Positions 9,782-12,949 of a stretch of 12,949 bases of DNA are shown one piece after another. This DNA is from an uncultured bacterium (GTDB lineage: Bacteria; Lernaellota; Lernaellaia; Lernaellales; Lernaellaceae). The notes under the pieces were generated by a model. The model was not told the origin of the DNA and searched no databases. It saw only the letters and a list, made by a program, of their open reading frames with translations. The stretch is taken from the NCBI GenBank assembly GCA_964534375.1, contig CAZHPN010000168.1:1-12949 (forward strand), given 5' to 3'. Numbering within the stretch: the first letter of the stretch is position 1; each line of letters starts with the position of its first letter. The position numbers and the translations under genes are program-made.

Positions 9782-11065
9782 TTATGGGCGGATCGCCGCG
9801 TAATACGCGTCGCGTTGCACGCGGGGAATCCAGCCCATTTCCAGCCCCGATTGCGAGCCGATAAACACGTAGTCCAGCGACTCGATCCGGCCGATTTCGA
9901 ACGCGCGCAACGGCACGTAACAGCCCATCAGCTCCGCGCCGTTTTGGGGATAGCGCGGCTCCAAATTGGGTTCGGCGTAACCGGTTGGGAAAAGCGGATA
10001 GCCGTGGTCGTCCAGCTTGACGGAGGCGCCGAGCAGCCGGCCGACGTAATGCGCCACCGCCATCACGTAATAATCATTGCGCTGTTCGCCGTGGATCGGA
10101 ATGCGCACGTAGCCGATCTCATTCTTCGTGACGCCGAGTTGCTCGATATAATCTTTCGGGATGCCGGTGTCGCGCGTTAAATCCACGAACAGCAGATATT
10201 GATATTTGGCGACATCGGCCTCGTTAGCGCGCACCAAGTCGGTGAAGTAGCGCCGGAACTGGCGATCGAGCTTCGAGGCCTCCCACGATCGCGTTTTCGA
10301 CCGGCTGGGCCAGGGCACCTCGCCGGGGAGATCGTACAACCCGAAGGTGTTGATTTCGAGAACTTTCGTTTGCCGGCCGGACAGGCGTTCGTATTCGCGC
10401 TGGAACCAACCGTCGATGTCGCGAAAATTGTGTTTCTCGCCGGGATGGTATTGGCCGGGATTCTGCGAGGTGGTCATGCGAATGTAATAATCGGCGACCT
10501 CGCGGCCCGTGTCGCGGCCGACGAAGACGATCGCGACGCGCGTCGTGTCGACGTACAAATGGCGAACCCAACTCGTGACGGCCGGCGCGAACGTCAGCCA
10601 CAGATACACGGCGAGCACCGTTCCCGACACGCTGCCGATGACCAGCCACCGCCGCCGGCGCTTCATCGCTTCGTAATGCTCGCCGCAGAGCAATTTGCCT
10701 TTGGCCTCGCGCACGCAGATTTCGCAGATGTACTTTTCGCAGGCGGGGTTCTTGCACTTGGCGCGCGCGCGGCGGTGCGGGTGATCGTCGCAAAAATGCC
10801 CCGCCGCGCGGCTGATCGGCAGCACCTCGATCTCGGCGCCGACCTCGCGCAGCTTGTCGGCGAACTTCTCGCCGGCCTCGACCGGAATCGACGGAATCAG
10901 TTCCGCCGGCAGGTCCTCGATCAGTTCCGCCGCTTCTTCGTAGGTGACGCCGAGCTGGTTCGCCAGCACCTTGCCCACGTCGTAGCGGTTGCGTTCTTCC
11001 TTGAGCCCGACGAGAACGATCTTCGCTTTGTCCGGTTCCTGCTGCTGCGTCTTGTCGTCCGGCAT
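9782..11065 (-). CDS. Membrane protein: ribosomal L7/L12 C-terminal (ClpS-like) domain + B-box-like zinc finger + TM + degenerate zincin-like domain
   Basis: 427 aa with GGGAG upstream of the ATG. aa 15-82 (LGVTYEEAAELIEDLPAELIPSIPVEAGEKFADKLREVGAEIEV) resembles the L7/L12 CTD. aa 92-130 has the pattern C-x2-H-x8-C-x4-C-x4-C-x2-C-x9-C-x2-H. KRRRR precedes a TM at about aa 140-160. The C-terminus contains AVAHYVGRLLGA...GYAEP...YPQNGAELMG. Confidence 0.8.
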   Translation of the reverse strand: MPDDKTQQQEPDKAKIVLVGLKEERNRYDVGKVLANQLGVTYEEAAELIEDLPAELIPSIPVEAGEKFADKLREVGAEIEVLPISRAAGHFCDDHPHRRARAKCKNPACEKYICEICVREAKGKLLCGEHYEAMKRRRRWLVIGSVSGTVLAVYLWLTFAPAVTSWVRHLYVDTTRVAIVFVGRDTGREVADYYIRMTTSQNPGQYHPGEKHNFRDIDGWFQREYERLSGRQTKVLEINTFGLYDLPGEVPWPSRSKTRSWEASKLDRQFRRYFTDLVRANEADVAKYQYLLFVDLTRDTGIPKDYIEQLGVTKNEIGYVRIPIHGEQRNDYYVMAVAHYVGRLLGASVKLDDHGYPLFPTGYAEPNLEPRYPQNGAELMGCYVPLRAFEIGRIESLDYVFIGSQSGLEMGWIPRVQRDAYYAAIRP

Positions 11066-11125
11066 TCGCCTCTCCCGCCCCGCGGACTGAATCCGCCCAG
11101 GACCAAAAATCTCTAGAATTTGGGT

Positions 11126-11136
11126 ATCCTACCACA
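11126..11136 (-). promoter_or_regulatory. Candidate extended -10 promoter for the 11065 gene
   Basis: Minus strand TGTGGTAGGAT fits TRTGnTAnnnT in a locally AT-rich patch, about 60 nt upstream of the ATG. No convincing -35 box. Confidence 0.3.
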
Positions 11137-11338
11137 AGTTCGGGACGCATGGCCAACGCCGACGCCGGCTCGGAAAAAGTTGCCCGCCGCCCGGCGCGCG
11201 GCCGTGCGGGGGCGGTCCGTGGCCTTTATCTTCGGCCGCAAGCCGCCTATGCTGCGGTTCCCGGATTTCGCGCGCTTGACGCCGGCCGCGCAGAGCGGGT
11301 ACAAACCGCGCCGGAACCGGTTTGCGGAGGAGATTGCC

Positions 11339-12085
11339 TTGCGTCATCGCCTGTATGTCGTTGCAGCGCTCGCGGGCCTGGCCATCGTCGTCGTGGCCGC
11401 GGCCGCCCTGGCGAAGCCGGAAATCTACAATGACTTGTCGATCTACCGGGAAGAAACGGTCGTGACCTCGCAGTATCCGAGCGGCCAGCAGACCACGGCG
11501 GCCACCCGCGTGTGGGTCAAAGGCCCGAAGATGCGCACGGAAGTGGCTTCCAGCGGCGAGGTGACGATCGTTCGCGCCGATCTGGACAAGGTGTACATGA
11601 TCAACGCCGTGCGCCGGATTTATTCGGAGACGCCGCTGGCAATCTATCGCAAAGCGCAGCGCGTGTCGCTGGCGATGCTCGGCGTCGACCCGACCTACAC
11701 CGCGACCAACCGCGAGCGGAAGATCGGCCATTGGAAATGCCGCGAAGTCGTCGTCGCCGAGCAGGCCGGGGCCGGCGGCGACAGCCTGAAAACGATCTGG
11801 TGGATGAGCGACGATCCCAGTCTGGAAAAACGGCTGATGCGTCACGTCATGAGCGTTTCGATGGGCCTCGATCTTGACGAAACGAACAGCCGCTTCTTCG
11901 AGAAGCTGGCCGGCATTCCCGGGTATCCGGTGCAGACCGAGACGACGATGACCCACGGCGGGACGACGGTGAAGACGGTCAACACGTTGCAAAAAATGGA
12001 GCGCCGCGAAATCAACGATTCGCAGTTCGAACTGCCCGAGGGCCTGACCAAAATGAATATGCCGCCGCCCGACGGCATGCAGTAG
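11339..12085 (+). CDS. DUF4412-like exported protein
   Basis: TTG 11339 follows GGAGGAG (11326-11332). Signal peptide MRHRLYVVAALAGLAIVVVAAAALA. DUF4412/GLPGLI-like blocks VWVKGPKMRTE, TIVRADLDKVYMIN, TNRERKIGHWKC, IPGYPVQTE and INDSQFELPEGL; 248 aa. Confidence 0.8.
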   Translation: MRHRLYVVAALAGLAIVVVAAAALAKPEIYNDLSIYREETVVTSQYPSGQQTTAATRVWVKGPKMRTEVASSGEVTIVRADLDKVYMINAVRRIYSETPLAIYRKAQRVSLAMLGVDPTYTATNRERKIGHWKCREVVVAEQAGAGGDSLKTIWWMSDDPSLEKRLMRHVMSVSMGLDLDETNSRFFEKLAGIPGYPVQTETTMTHGGTTVKTVNTLQKMERREINDSQFELPEGLTKMNMPPPDGMQ

Positions 12086-12094
12086 GATCGCCGC

Positions 12095-12949
12095 ATGTAC
12101 ACGCGCCGGCCGCGCAACGAGAAAGAGCTGCAGCTCGACATCTGCGTCAACGAAGACGTCAGCCCGTGGCAGACCAGCGGCTTCGACCGCTACTTCTTCG
12201 TGCACGAGGCGCTGCCCGAACTCGACCGCGCCGCCGTCGATCTCTCGACCGTGTTCCTCGGCCGGCGGCTGAGCGCGCCGTTGATGATCGCGCCGATGAC
12301 CGGCGGCTACGAAACCGCGGCCAAGATCAACCGCCACCTCGCCCAGGCCGCGCAGGAATTGGGCCTGGCGATGAGCGTCGGCAGCCAGAAGGTGGCGATC
12401 GCCGACCCGGAGTTGGCGGCGACCTTCCGCGTGCGCGATGTGGCGCCGGATGTGCTGCTGTTCGCCAACATCGGCGCCGTGCAGCTCAATTACGGCTACG
12501 GCGTGGCCGAGATGCGGCGCGTCGTCGAGATGATCGGCGCGGACGCGCTCTGCCTCCATCTCAACCCGCTGCAAGAGGCGCTCAAGGAAGACGGCAACGT
12601 CAACTTCGCCGGCCTCGCCGCGAAGATCGCCAACGTGGTGCGCGAACTGCCCGTGCCGGTGTTCGTCCGCGAAGTCTGCAACGGCATCAGTCCGCGGACC
12701 GCGAAACTGCTCGTGGACGCAGGCGTGGCCGGCATCGACGTCGGCGGCGCCGGCGGCACGAGTTGGATGATCGTCGAAGGCTTGATGTCCAAAGACGAAA
12801 GCCGCCGGGCGATCGCCGACAGCTTTCAGAACTTCGGCACGCCGACCGCGCAATCGCTCGTCCATGTCCGCGGCGTGTCGGCGGACATCCCGCTGATCGC
12901 GACCGGCGGCATCCGCACGGGCAAGGACGTCGCCAAGAGCCTGGCGCTC
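12095..12949 (+). CDS. fni: Type 2 isopentenyl-diphosphate delta-isomerase (IDI-2/Fni)-like FMN-binding protein, divergent, 3'-truncated by the window edge
   Basis: Manual translation (285 codons, no stop): MYTRRPRNEKELQLDICVNEDV...FVHEALPELD...APLMIAPMTGG...INRHLAQAA...MSVGSQK...FANIGAVQL...ADALCLHLNPLQEA...PVFVREVCNGIS...IDVGGAGGTSW...GTPT...PLIATGGIRTGKDVAKSLAL. The HEALPE, MTGG, GSQ, NIG, HLNPLQE, GGTSW and GGIR motifs are IDI-2 hallmarks. It is missing from the ORF track because the stop lies outside the window. Confidence 0.9.
   Translation, partial: MYTRRPRNEKELQLDICVNEDVSPWQTSGFDRYFFVHEALPELDRAAVDLSTVFLGRRLSAPLMIAPMTGGYETAAKINRHLAQAAQELGLAMSVGSQKVAIADPELAATFRVRDVAPDVLLFANIGAVQLNYGYGVAEMRRVVEMIGADALCLHLNPLQEALKEDGNVNFAGLAAKIANVVRELPVPVFVREVCNGISPRTAKLLVDAGVAGIDVGGAGGTSWMIVEGLMSKDESRRAIADSFQNFGTPTAQSLVHVRGVSADIPLIATGGIRTGKDVAKSLAL

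Noticed and set aside
11276..11305. Sigma70-like TTGACG-N18-TACAAA upstream of the DUF4412-like gene
   Set aside because: Plausibly placed, but the -10 box lacks the conserved final T and the spacing is suboptimal, so it is too weak to call.
2958..12949. An isoprenoid/prenylation system combining the ICMT-family methyltransferase, the toroid lipoprotein and the IDI-2-like gene
   Set aside because: The genes are scattered over 10 kb in different orientations and separated by glgP. Bacterial ICMT-family proteins are common and are not evidence of prenylation, and no prenyltransferase motifs are seen.

Overview
GC-rich bacterial chromosomal window with eight supportable protein-coding genes and no rRNA, tRNA, CRISPR array or transposase. 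In order: a YyaL/SSP411-family thioredoxin-domain protein (+), an ICMT/PEMT-family membrane methyltransferase (+), alpha-glucan phosphorylase glgP (+), a lipoprotein with a probable alpha/alpha-toroid domain (-), a type I membrane protein with Pro-rich and coiled-coil tail (+), a membrane protein with L7/L12-CTD-like, B-box-like and zincin-like domains (-), a DUF4412-like exported protein (+), and a 3'-truncated type 2 IPP isomerase-like gene (+) that is absent from the ORF track. Most other long ORFs in the track are GC-shadow frames. I see no unambiguous novel multi-gene system. The best leads are the IDI-2 homologue, in which several conserved substrate- and flavin-contacting residues are replaced, and the B-box/TM protein, whose zincin-like HExxH motif has decayed to HYVGR. 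Intergenic regions hold 7-mer and 9-mer tandem repeats and REP-like palindromes. Family assignments come from motif recognition by eye, not database searches.
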